Shown here piece by piece: positions 55,567-64,000 of a stretch of DNA of 64,000 nt. The notes under the pieces are model-generated. The model had not been told where the DNA came from, ran no database searches, and saw only the letters and a list, made by a program, of their open reading frames with translations. The position numbers were made by a program, and so were the translations under genes. Origin of the DNA: an uncultured Candidatus Rokubacteria bacterium (GTDB lineage: Bacteria; Methylomirabilota; Methylomirabilia; Rokubacteriales; CSP1-6); assembly GCA_963762145.1 (NCBI GenBank), contig CAVXJS010000021.1, positions 704,001 through 768,000 of the forward strand. The letters are read 5' to 3'. Within the stretch, counting starts at the first letter, position 1, and each line of letters starts with the position of its first letter.

Positions 55567-56601
55567 ATGCGGAAGCGCTGGTCCCTGTCGGTGCCGATGG
55601 ACGGCTTCGCCCTGCCCGAGCTGACCGAGGTGGCCCGCGAGGCCGAGCGGCTCGGCTACACCGACGCCTGGTCCTTCGAGGTGGACGGCGTGGACGCGTT
55701 CACGCCGCTGACCGTCATCGGGCTCGCGACGCGGATGCGGATCGGCACCGCGATCGCGAACGTCTACACGCGCGGGCCCGCCACGCTCGCCTCCACCGCG
55801 GCCGGGCTGGCCGACGTCGCGCCCGGGCGCTTCGTGCTCGGCATCGGCGCGGGCTCGCAGCCCATCGTGGAGTCGTGGAACGGCGGCAAGTTCAGTCGGC
55901 CCGCCACGCGCGTGCGCGAGACGGCCAAGTTCCTGCGCGCGGCCCTCGCGGGCGAGCGCGTGGTGTTCAAGGGCGAGACCTTCGCGGTGGACGGCTTTCG
56001 TCTCACGAAGGTGCCAAAGGAGCCGGTGCCGATCCACGTCGCGGCGCTTCGCGAAGGGATGCTACGAGTCGCGGGCCAGGTGGGCGACGGCGTGATCCTC
56101 AACTGGCTGTCGCCCGACGACGTGCCGCGCTCCGTCTCCGTGGTGCGCGACGCCGCGAAGCAGGCCGGCCGCGATCCCCTGGCCATCGAGGTCACCGCGC
56201 GGCTCTTCGTCAACCTCGATCCGCCCGGGCCGGAGTCGGAGCTGGTGGTGCGCCGCCACATCGCCGGGTACCTGAACGTCCCGGTCTACCGCGCATTCCA
56301 GGAGTGGCTTGGCCGCACCGAGGCGCTCGGGCCCATGTGGGCCGCGTGGGGCGCGGGCGACCGCAAGGGCGCGGTGGCCGCCATCCCCACCCGGGTGATG
56401 GACGATCTGATCCCGACCGGGACCCTGGCCGAGCTCAAGGCCCGCATCCAGCTCTACCTGGACCGCGGCATCGACACCGCGTTCCTCTCGTTCATGACGA
56501 CCGAGCAGGATCCCACCAAGAAGCGCGACCTCATGCTGAGCGCATTGCGCGCGATGGCTCCCTCAAGAGAGACGCTTACGGAGGCAACCCATGGCGGATG
56601 A
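55567..56601 (+). CDS. LLM-class flavin/F420-dependent oxidoreductase
   Basis: AE.LGYTDAWS.E, DAFTPL, GTAI.NVYTRGP, GRFVLGIG. Confidence 0.88.
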   Translation: MRKRWSLSVPMDGFALPELTEVAREAERLGYTDAWSFEVDGVDAFTPLTVIGLATRMRIGTAIANVYTRGPATLASTAAGLADVAPGRFVLGIGAGSQPIVESWNGGKFSRPATRVRETAKFLRAALAGERVVFKGETFAVDGFRLTKVPKEPVPIHVAALREGMLRVAGQVGDGVILNWLSPDDVPRSVSVVRDAAKQAGRDPLAIEVTARLFVNLDPPGPESELVVRRHIAGYLNVPVYRAFQEWLGRTEALGPMWAAWGAGDRKGAVAAIPTRVMDDLIPTGTLAELKARIQLYLDRGIDTAFLSFMTTEQDPTKKRDLMLSALRAMAPSRETLTEATHGG

Positions 56602-57361
56602 GATCCTGCTCTCGGTGGACTCGGGCATCGCGACGGTCACGATGAACCGTCCGGACCAGCGCAACGCGATGAACATCCCGCTGCTCCAGGCCCTGCGCGC
56701 GACCTTCGACGACCTGGACGGGCGCCGCGACGTGCGCGTGGTGGTGGTGCGGGGCGCCGGCCCCGCCTTCTGCTCGGGCATGGACCTGAAGGAGATGGAG
56801 CAGCGCCGCGGCGAGGCCGATCCGGAAGGCAACGTCGTCCAGATCCTGCAACGCGTGGAGCGCTCGAAGCATCCCACGATCGCCGCGGTGCACGGCGACG
56901 CGATCGCGGGCGGCTGCGAGCTGGCCCTGCACTGCGACCTGCGGGTGGCCGCGGAGCCCGCGCGGCTCGGCATGCCGCTGGCCCGCATCGGGCTCGTGAT
57001 CCCCTTCCCGCTCGGCCAGAAGCTGGTGGAGATCATCGGCCCCGCCCACACACGCCAGCTCCTGTTCACCGGCCAGCCGATCGACGCGCGGCGCGCCTAC
57101 GAGATCGGCATGGTGCACCAGGTGGTGCCCGCGGACGACCTCTCGGCGGCGGTGCAGACGCTCGCCCGCCGCATCGCGGACAACGCGCCGCTCTCGCTGG
57201 CCGGGATCAAGGCGAGCATCCTGCGCGCGACCTCGGCGCGGGAGCAGATCGCCCACGACGACCTGAACGCGGCGGCCACGAAGGCGCGCTCCAGCGCGGA
57301 CGCGCAGGAAGGGCGCCGCGCGATGCTGGAGAAGCGGAGGCCGGTCTTCCGGGGGGAGTAG
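56591..57361 (+). CDS. Enoyl-CoA hydratase/isomerase
   Basis: NRP..RNA, AFCSGMDL, AGGCELAL.CDLR, EKR.P.F.G. Confidence 0.92.
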   Translation: MADEILLSVDSGIATVTMNRPDQRNAMNIPLLQALRATFDDLDGRRDVRVVVVRGAGPAFCSGMDLKEMEQRRGEADPEGNVVQILQRVERSKHPTIAAVHGDAIAGGCELALHCDLRVAAEPARLGMPLARIGLVIPFPLGQKLVEIIGPAHTRQLLFTGQPIDARRAYEIGMVHQVVPADDLSAAVQTLARRIADNAPLSLAGIKASILRATSAREQIAHDDLNAAATKARSSADAQEGRRAMLEKRRPVFRGE

Positions 57362-57365
57362 CCGG

Positions 57366-57995
57366 TCAGCGCGGCGGCGCGCCGCCCATCAGCGCCGCCA
57401 CCGCCCGCGCCAGCGGATCGTCCGCGGCGCCGAGCGCCTCGCGGGTTCGCGCCTGGTCCACCGCGTCACGGTTCTGGCTGAGCTTGGCCTTGCCCTCGAG
57501 CCGCTCGATGGGGATCTCGAAGGCCACGATGCCCCGCTGCATGCCGGCCAGGTAGTCCGCGGGCAGGCCCTCGAAGGACCACGCGGTCGGCCCGCCGCCC
57601 TCGTAGGTTCGCACCAGATCGGCGAGCAGCGTCTTCACCTGCTCGGGGTCCTCGACCAGCGCGCCGGTGCCGGTGGCGTGCACCGCCACGTAGTTCCAGG
57701 TGGGCACGCTCGGATGCGTCGCGTACCACGACGGCGAGACGTAGGCGTGCGCGCCCGAGAAGATCACGAGGGTCGGCCGGCCGGCGGCCAGGTAGCGCCA
57801 GTGCGGGTTGGCGCGGGCCACGTGACCGCGCAGGGTGCCGAGCGTCCCGCGCGCGGGATCCACCAGGATCGGCAGGTGGGTGGCGAAGGGCGCGCCCGCG
57901 TCGTCGGCGGTGATCATGGCCGCGAAGCTCTGCACCCGCATCAGCGTGTGGCACCACGCGGGATCGGTGATCTGGAACTGCGTGGGGATGTACAC
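57366..57995 (-). CDS. PaiB-family FMN-binding protein
   Basis: MYIP..F, ATHLP, GHVARANP.W, YVSPSWY...VPTWNY, KLSQN. Confidence 0.9.
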   Translation of the reverse strand: MYIPTQFQITDPAWCHTLMRVQSFAAMITADDAGAPFATHLPILVDPARGTLGTLRGHVARANPHWRYLAAGRPTLVIFSGAHAYVSPSWYATHPSVPTWNYVAVHATGTGALVEDPEQVKTLLADLVRTYEGGGPTAWSFEGLPADYLAGMQRGIVAFEIPIERLEGKAKLSQNRDAVDQARTREALGAADDPLARAVAALMGGAPPR

Positions 57996-57997
57996 GC

Positions 57998-58909
57998 TCA
58001 GGGCACCCGCAGCCGGCCCTCGATCACGGGCACCACGCTGCCGCCGACCAGGATCTCGCTCACGCGCCCGGCCGTCATCCCGACACGGATCCGGATGAAG
58101 CTCGGCCGGCCCATGCGCGTGCCCTGCTCGCTCACGATGTCCACGGTGGCGGCCGGGGTCACCAGTCCGCGCTCGACCAGATAGGCCCCGAGCGGCCCGC
58201 TCGCCGATCCGGTCGCCGGATCCTCCGGGATGCCCGACGTGTGCGGAGCGAACATGCGCGAATAAACGCGCCCGGCCTTCGGATCAGGATCGGGAGCGAA
58301 CACGAACACTCCGACGTTCGGCCCTTCCCCCTGCACGGCCAGCAGCGCGGGCACGTCGAGCCGCGCCCGGTCCACGGTCTCGCGATCCCGCAGCGGGACA
58401 TAGAGGAAGGCGTTGCCGGTGGAGCCGGTGCAGATGGGCGCCCCCGCGAGCAGATCCGACTCGGCCAGGCCCAGGGCCCGCGCGAAGCCCTCGCGATTCG
58501 TCAGCGCCGGTCCGAATCGCGCCTCGCCGTGCCGCATCCAGAGAAAGCTGGGGCGCGCGGGGTCACCCTCGAGGGTCACCTCCACCGGGCCGATGCCTTC
58601 CTCCAGGTTGAAGCGGTGGGTGTTCGGGGGCAGGAGCTCCTCGGTGGCCAGCACCCACGCGGTCCCGATGGTCGGATGGCCCGCGAACGGGATCTCGCGC
58701 GCCGGGGTGAAGATCCGCACCCGCGCCTCGCAGTCCGGCCGCGTCGGGGGCAGCAGGAACGTGGTCTCCGAGCAGTTCATCTCGCGCGCGATGGCCTGCA
58801 TCTCCGCGTCGGAGAGCCCGGCCGCCTCGAACACGACCGCGAGCGGGTTCCCACCGAAGACACGCTCGGTGAACACGTCCACCTGGACGAACAGGAGCTC
58901 GAGCGACAC
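57998..58909 (-). CDS. PhzF family protein
   Basis: VDVF....GGNPLAV, SETTF, PFAGHPTIG, EDPATGSA. Confidence 0.92.
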   Translation of the reverse strand: MSLELLFVQVDVFTERVFGGNPLAVVFEAAGLSDAEMQAIAREMNCSETTFLLPPTRPDCEARVRIFTPAREIPFAGHPTIGTAWVLATEELLPPNTHRFNLEEGIGPVEVTLEGDPARPSFLWMRHGEARFGPALTNREGFARALGLAESDLLAGAPICTGSTGNAFLYVPLRDRETVDRARLDVPALLAVQGEGPNVGVFVFAPDPDPKAGRVYSRMFAPHTSGIPEDPATGSASGPLGAYLVERGLVTPAATVDIVSEQGTRMGRPSFIRIRVGMTAGRVSEILVGGSVVPVIEGRLRVP

Positions 58910-58917
58910 GGGCGTCC

Positions 58918-59121
58918 CTAGCCGACGCGGCGGCGGCCCTTGCGCACGACGTAGCTCAGGTGCTCGCGCTGCAGCTCGAGCTCCGTGATGCGCAGGAGCC
59001 ACTCTTCCCGCACCATGGCCATGCCGTCCCCGCCCAGCCGGTTCACTTCCTTGAGCGTCTGCCGGAACGTGACCAGCGTCTCCTCGAGCGTCCGGAGCTC
59101 GTCTTCCGCGTTCATGATCAT
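58918..59121 (-). CDS. Small coiled-coil hypothetical protein
   Basis: 67-aa ORF coupled to the upstream stop, followed closely by the PhzF gene. Confidence 0.55.
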   Translation of the reverse strand: MIMNAEDELRTLEETLVTFRQTLKEVNRLGGDGMAMVREEWLLRITELELQREHLSYVVRKGRRRVG

Positions 59122-59981
59122 CTCCGCTCCACGCGCGCGATCGTCGCGATCTTGTCGGCGAAGTTCACCTGGCTGTCGTCCTCCGGCGCGTAGCCGAGCT
59201 TGATGCGCGCGCTCGCGATGGACCAGAACCGGTGCGTGTTGCCGCTGATGCCGTAGACGATGAGGAACGGCACCCCGTGCTCGTCCCGGATGTCCTCGGT
59301 CTCCACCATGCGCACCGCCTGCTGCACCTGATCCCGCTTCGAGAGATAGGCGCCGAGCGCGCGGTGCATGACCTTGATGTCGCCCGGCTTCACCTGGTCG
59401 ATATCGTCGTCGCGCGGGCCTCCGATGCGCCACTGAACGATCTCGAGCTTGCGCCCGTCCACCTTGCCGGTGGCGAAGACGAAGCCCAGAAGCTCGTAGG
59501 CCGCCTTGGCCCAGCCGTACCAGTTGTCCGAGCGCGGCGGCATCTCGGGCGTCACCATGTCGAGCCGGCCGTCCCAGACGAGCCGCTCGTAGTAGTCGGC
59601 GGCATGATTGGAGCTGCACACCACGACCCGCCGCACGCCCTCCTCGAGGGCGACGCGACAGACGTTGTAGGCGAGCGCGATGTTGGTGTGCTCGGCCCAG
59701 AACTTTGCGTCGCTGTTGTCCTGCCAGGTGGTGGCGTCGAGCCGGGGCGCGCTCACGAAGCCGCAGTGGATCACCGCGTCCGCGCCCCGGAAGTGCTGGC
59801 GGTACTCGTTGCGGTCCGGCTTCGTCAGGTCGGCCACCATCAGGCCGGGGACGGTCTTGCCGTCACGGGTGGTGGGCCGCACGTCGAGCAGCACCAGATC
59901 CCAGCGCTCCCGGAGCGCCGGCAGCATTCGCTGGGCGACGTACCCCGCCGCCCCGGTCACGACCACGCGCTTCTTGGCCAA
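59118..59981 (-). CDS. NAD-dependent epimerase/dehydratase (uronate dehydrogenase-like)
   Basis: VTGAAGYV, SSNHA, YG.AK, RIG; TTG start with GAGGAGG RBS. Confidence 0.85.
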   Translation of the reverse strand: MAKKRVVVTGAAGYVAQRMLPALRERWDLVLLDVRPTTRDGKTVPGLMVADLTKPDRNEYRQHFRGADAVIHCGFVSAPRLDATTWQDNSDAKFWAEHTNIALAYNVCRVALEEGVRRVVVCSSNHAADYYERLVWDGRLDMVTPEMPPRSDNWYGWAKAAYELLGFVFATGKVDGRKLEIVQWRIGGPRDDDIDQVKPGDIKVMHRALGAYLSKRDQVQQAVRMVETEDIRDEHGVPFLIVYGISGNTHRFWSIASARIKLGYAPEDDSQVNFADKIATIARVERR

Positions 59982-60002
59982 TGGATCCTCCTCGATGGCC
60001 GG

Positions 60003-61462
60003 CTAGTAGCCCGGCGGGGGAACGAAACCCTGGAACTCGCGCTCGAGCAGGCGCGCCAGCTCGATGCAGGTGCGGTCGCCGTACTGGGGGCCGACGATCT
60101 GCACCCCGATGGGCAGCCCGGCGCGCGAGAAGCCGGCGGGCGCCACCGTGGAGGGCAGCAGGGCCACCCCCGAGTAGCCGGCCCAGAAGAGCTGGTCGGT
60201 GGTGGGCACCCGGCGGCCGTTGACGAGGACGGTTCGCTCGTGGCGCTCGCCTTCGTGATCGTGCGGGAAGGCCGCGCTCGCCGCGGCCGGGCACAGCAGC
60301 ACGTCGTAGTCGCGGAAGAACTCGGCCCAGCGCCAGCGCATCTGGTGGCGGGCCTCGTTGGCGGCCAGCCAGTCGCGGTGCGGCGCCACGTTCGCCCGCG
60401 TCATCTGGCGCAAAGTAGCTCTCGTCGTCCGGGCGGAGCCCGCGCGCGATCTCCGCGTTCCGCGCGAACTCCTCGGGCGACTGCCGGCCCGAGGTGGCCG
60501 CGCGCAGCAGGAGGACGTAGACGCGGTGGATCTCCGCGGTGTCGATGGCGGGCCGCGCGGTGTCGCTCACCCGGGCCTTCTTCCGGGCGAGGAAATCGGC
60601 GACCGCCTGCACGCGCGCCTGGACCTCGTCGTCCACCTCGGAGACCGGATCGGTCGCGCATCACCGCCACCCGGAACTCGCGCAGCGCCTTCCGCCGCGG
60701 AGCGGGCAGCTCGAGCCGCCAGCCCTCGCCGTCGATCTCGTCGGCGCCCGCCATCACCGCGAGCCCGATCGCCAGGTCGTCCGCGCTGCGCCCCATCGGC
60801 CCGATCACCGAGATGTCGCCCTGGGCGACCCGGCCGGGCAGGGCCTGGCCGCGGGGCGGCACGATCCCGAAGGTCGGCTTGTGGCCGTAGACGCCGCAGT
60901 AGTGCGCGGGGTTGCGGATGGACGAGCCGATGTCGCTGCCCGCCTCGAAGCCGGTCAGGCCCGCGGCGAGCGCGGCCGCCGAGCCACCCGAGGAGCCGCC
61001 GGGGCTGCGGGTGAGATCCCAGGGATTGTTGGTGGTGCCGTAGACCCGGTTGTAGGACTGGTAGTCGGCCAGCCACGCCGGGACATTGGTCTTGCCGAAC
61101 AGCACCGCGCCCGCGCCGAGCAGGCGATCCACCGACAGCGCATTGCGCGTGGGCACGTTGTCCTTCAGCTCGCTGAGCCCCCACGTGGTCGGCATGCCGA
61201 CCACGTCGTACGACTCCTTGATCGTCATCGGCACGCCGTGCAGCGGGCCCCAGACCTTCTTCTTGCGGAGCGCGGCGTCGGCCTGGCGGGCGCGGCGGCG
61301 GGCCGCCTCCACGTCGCTGGCCACGATCGCATTGAGCTGCGGATTGAAGCGATCCACCCGCGCGAGGAACAGGTCGAGCGCCTCGAGAGCGCCGATCTTG
61401 CCGCGCCGGATGTCGGAGGCGAGCTGCTTGGCGCTGCGGAAATGGGGAGCGATCATGGGCAC
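60003..61462 (-). CDS. Amidase signature family protein, frameshifted near 60656 and 60408
   Basis: GPLHGVPMTIKE, GGSSGGS, GSDIGSSIRNPA, C-terminal GLPIGVQIVG; three consecutive frames. Confidence 0.88.
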
Positions 61463-61463
61463 C

Positions 61464-62186
61464 TCACGGCTCGAGGGTGAACGTCACGGTCACCGAGGCC
61501 TGGATCTCCTGCTCGCCGGGCGCCACCGGCACCGCGGCCATGGTCATCCGCGGGGCCATCTCCGCGCGCGGGGAGGGCGCGCCGGCTTCCTGCACCGCCA
61601 CCACGCGACCGACCCGGAGCGACGCGGCGCCCGCGTAGAGCTCCGCCTTGCGCCGCGCATCGGCCATGGCCCGCCGGCGCGCCTCGTCCCGCAGGGGCTC
61701 GGGCTCCTGCCGCCCGAACTGGATGCCGTGGACGAGATTGGCGCCCTGCCCCACCTGCTGATCGAGCACCCGTCCCAGGATCGAGAGGTCGCGGACCTTC
61801 ACGCGCACCTGGTTGGTCACCTCGTAACCGGTGATCTCGGGCGGCTGCCCGTCACGACCCTGGCGACGGAGCGGCGACACGCTGATGTTCGTGGTCTGGA
61901 TGTCGCGGGTGGCGATGCCGAGGGTCCCCAGCGCCTGGAGGAGCCGCTCCATCGCCTGGCTGTTGGCGGCGAGCGCCTCCGCGGCGGTGGGCGCCTGCGT
62001 CACCACGCCGCTGGTGATCTCGGCCATGTCGGGCGCGGCCGACACCGTGCCGGTTCCGGCCACCGTCACCGTCGAGGTCCCGGCGTGATGGCCGCCGTGC
62101 CCCATGGGCGCGCACGCCGCCGCGCCGAGGGCGATCACCGCGAGGCCGAGCGCGGCGGGGAAGCGCTTCACGGTCGGCGCGCGCAT
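61464..62186 (-). CDS. SIMPL (DUF541) domain protein
   Basis: V.GTG.V...PD.A, DIQT, GY...N.V.V, A.ADAR.KA, PGEQ. Confidence 0.9.
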   Translation of the reverse strand: MRAPTVKRFPAALGLAVIALGAAACAPMGHGGHHAGTSTVTVAGTGTVSAAPDMAEITSGVVTQAPTAAEALAANSQAMERLLQALGTLGIATRDIQTTNISVSPLRRQGRDGQPPEITGYEVTNQVRVKVRDLSILGRVLDQQVGQGANLVHGIQFGRQEPEPLRDEARRRAMADARRKAELYAGAASLRVGRVVAVQEAGAPSPRAEMAPRMTMAAVPVAPGEQEIQASVTVTFTLEP

Positions 62187-62677
62187 CAGAGCGACCCCAT
62201 CATGAACAGGTCCAGCTCCTCGTCCTTGGCACGCAGCCGGGTGATGAGGAAGCGGAGCAGGTTCAGGTAGATCACCTTGCCCACCCGCGCGTCGCCTTCC
62301 GCGATGCTACGGAACTCCTCGCGCGAGAGGAAGAAGAGCTTGGCCCCGGCCGGGGAGCGCGCCGCCGCCGAGGTGGAGTGCTCGTCGATCAGCGAGTACT
62401 CGCCGAGGCACCGGCCGGGGCCCATCGTGTTCAGGTGCACCTCGGTGGGGCGGCGGGTGCGGCCGGCGGCCGCGTCGGGCAGGAAGATCTCCACGAGGCC
62501 TTCCAGCACCACGTAGAGGCCGGGGCCGCGGGTGCCCTCGGTGAGCACCGTCTCGCCCGGCGCCACCTCGATCAGCAGCCCGCGCGCGATGATGTGATCG
62601 AGCGCGGCGGGTGGGAGGTGCTCGAAGACGACCGAGCCTCCGAGAATATGACGGTAGGCATCCTTGGCGAGCTCCAT
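62186..62677 (-). CDS. Stand-alone cyclic nucleotide-binding domain protein
   Basis: LYVVLEG.V, GEYSLID...SA.A. Confidence 0.82.
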   Translation of the reverse strand: MELAKDAYRHILGGSVVFEHLPPAALDHIIARGLLIEVAPGETVLTEGTRGPGLYVVLEGLVEIFLPDAAAGRTRRPTEVHLNTMGPGRCLGEYSLIDEHSTSAAARSPAGAKLFFLSREEFRSIAEGDARVGKVIYLNLLRFLITRLRAKDEELDLFMMGSL

Positions 62678-62789
62678 GAGGGGCTCAGTCTGCCACAGAC
62701 GCCCGCGCTCCGCAGGACCACCACGACGACAGGATGGTAGGATGTGACCGGTCACACACCCTGGCGGCGCCCGCCGACGGCGGGCGCGC

Positions 62790-64000
62790 TCACGGCCGGC
62801 CGGGGCGCGCCCCCGCCGTCCCCTCCAGCACCGCCTCGCGCCACTCCCGCTTGAGCGGGAGGATGGGCGGCATCGGCGCCACGTCGGGCGCCGCGGTCGG
62901 CTGCGGCGACCGCGTCCTTGCGATCGGTCGCGGCCCCCTTCTTCATGAACAGGTTGTAGATGGACCACTGGAGCCGGCTGCGGCCGCCGCGGACCGGAAA
63001 GCGCCGGACCATGGACGACGGCGCGTAGAACGTCTCGTAGGCGGTGTTCTGCCCCAGCCGGAGCTCGTCGCCCGACATCTGCGCGGGCCGATAGACGACG
63101 TTGGCCTGGTCGTACTTCTCCCAATCGAAGGAGACGATGCGGTTGGCCTTCTTCATCTCGTACCAGGTCAGCGTGCCCGGATAGGGCGTGAGGACGGAGT
63201 AGGCGCAGGCATCGTAGTCGGCCTCGATGTTGAACCGCGCGGTCTCCTCGAACACCGAGCGGTCGTCGCCGTCGAACCCGAACATGAACAGGCCGAACAC
63301 CATGATGCCGTAGGAGTGGACCTTCTCCACGAGGGCCGCGAAGGTCTCGGGACGGTTCACGTGCTTGTGCACGCTCGTCAGCGTGGAGCGCGAGATCGAC
63401 TCGAAGCCGATGCTCAGCAAGGTGCAGCCGCTCGCGGCCGCGAGCTCGAGCATGCGATCGTCCTGCGCGAGCTTCGAGGTGACGCCGGCCTGCCACGTGG
63501 ACCCCGCGGCCCTTGAGGGCCCGCATGACCTCCTTCGGGCGCTCCGGCGTGCCGAAGAAGTCGGCGTCGTTGATCGAGATCATGCGCGAGCCGCAGTTCT
63601 CGACTTCGCGGATCACCTCATCGACCGGACGGTAGCGGAACTTCAGCCCGTTCATCAGCGGCTCGGCGCAGAACGTACAGCCCTGGTGGCAGCCGCGCGA
63701 GGTCTGCACGAACGTGCGGTTCACGTAGCGGTGCTTCTTGAGCAGGTCGTACCGCGGCATCGAGCAGGCCTTCCATCGGGTGCAGCCGCTCCGCCCGGTA
63801 GGTGCCGCGCATCGCGCCCCGCTCGAGATCGTCGAGGAGCTTGGGGAGCACGAGCTCCGCCTCGCCGATCACCACCGCGTCGCAATGCTTGAGCGCCTCC
63901 TGCGGCATGAAGCTCGGGTGCACGCCGCCCATCACGACCGGCACCCCGCGCGCCCGGAACGCATCGGCGATCTCGTAGCCGCGGTTCACGTAGCTCGTCA
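62790..64000 (-). CDS. B12-binding radical SAM protein (5'-truncated by the window; frameshifts near 63764, 63499, 62902)
   Basis: VVMGGVHPS, VVIGEAE, TSRGCHQGCTFC (CxxxCxxC), IGFES, TPYPGT. Confidence 0.85.

Noticed and set aside
1-64000. CRISPR array, tRNA/rRNA, integrase or transposase
   Set aside because: No regularly spaced repeat-spacer run or recognisable motifs; the repeats found are dispersed palindromes.
60003-64000. Programmed frameshifting or true pseudogenes in the amidase and radical SAM genes
   Set aside because: No slippery heptamers seen, several unrelated genes are affected and there is no other decay; sequencing error is simpler.

Overview
Gene-dense, very GC-rich bacterial chromosome segment with about 70 CDS. 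I recognise no rRNA, tRNA, CRISPR array, integrase or transposase. Gene content (orphan ABC substrate-binding proteins, many CoA-transferases, LLM oxidoreductases and acyl-CoA dehydrogenases) suggests a soil Candidatus Rokubacteria/Methylomirabilota-like organism; this is inference only. The flanks (1-27 kb, 48-64 kb) are mostly catabolic and transport genes. The centre (about 27.8-47.8 kb) is a stress/DNA-repair block: Ku, split LigD (stand-alone PE plus LIG-POL), topoisomerase IB, a Pol-beta-type nucleotidyltransferase/metallophosphoesterase pair, an AlkP-family enzyme, a VTT protein, small membrane and Cys-rich proteins, and two hybrid histidine kinases. All six transcription units of this block have a sigma-54-type -24/-12 box (GGCA-N6-TTGC) upstream. 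Other signals: an orphan ABC substrate-binding gene bounded by an 18-bp direct repeat plus a duplicated 3' end of the upstream gene (cassette-like), three families of intergenic palindromic elements, three unannotated small ORFs, and about 8 single-base frameshifts that are probably long-read errors. All product calls come from motif recognition by eye, not database searches.
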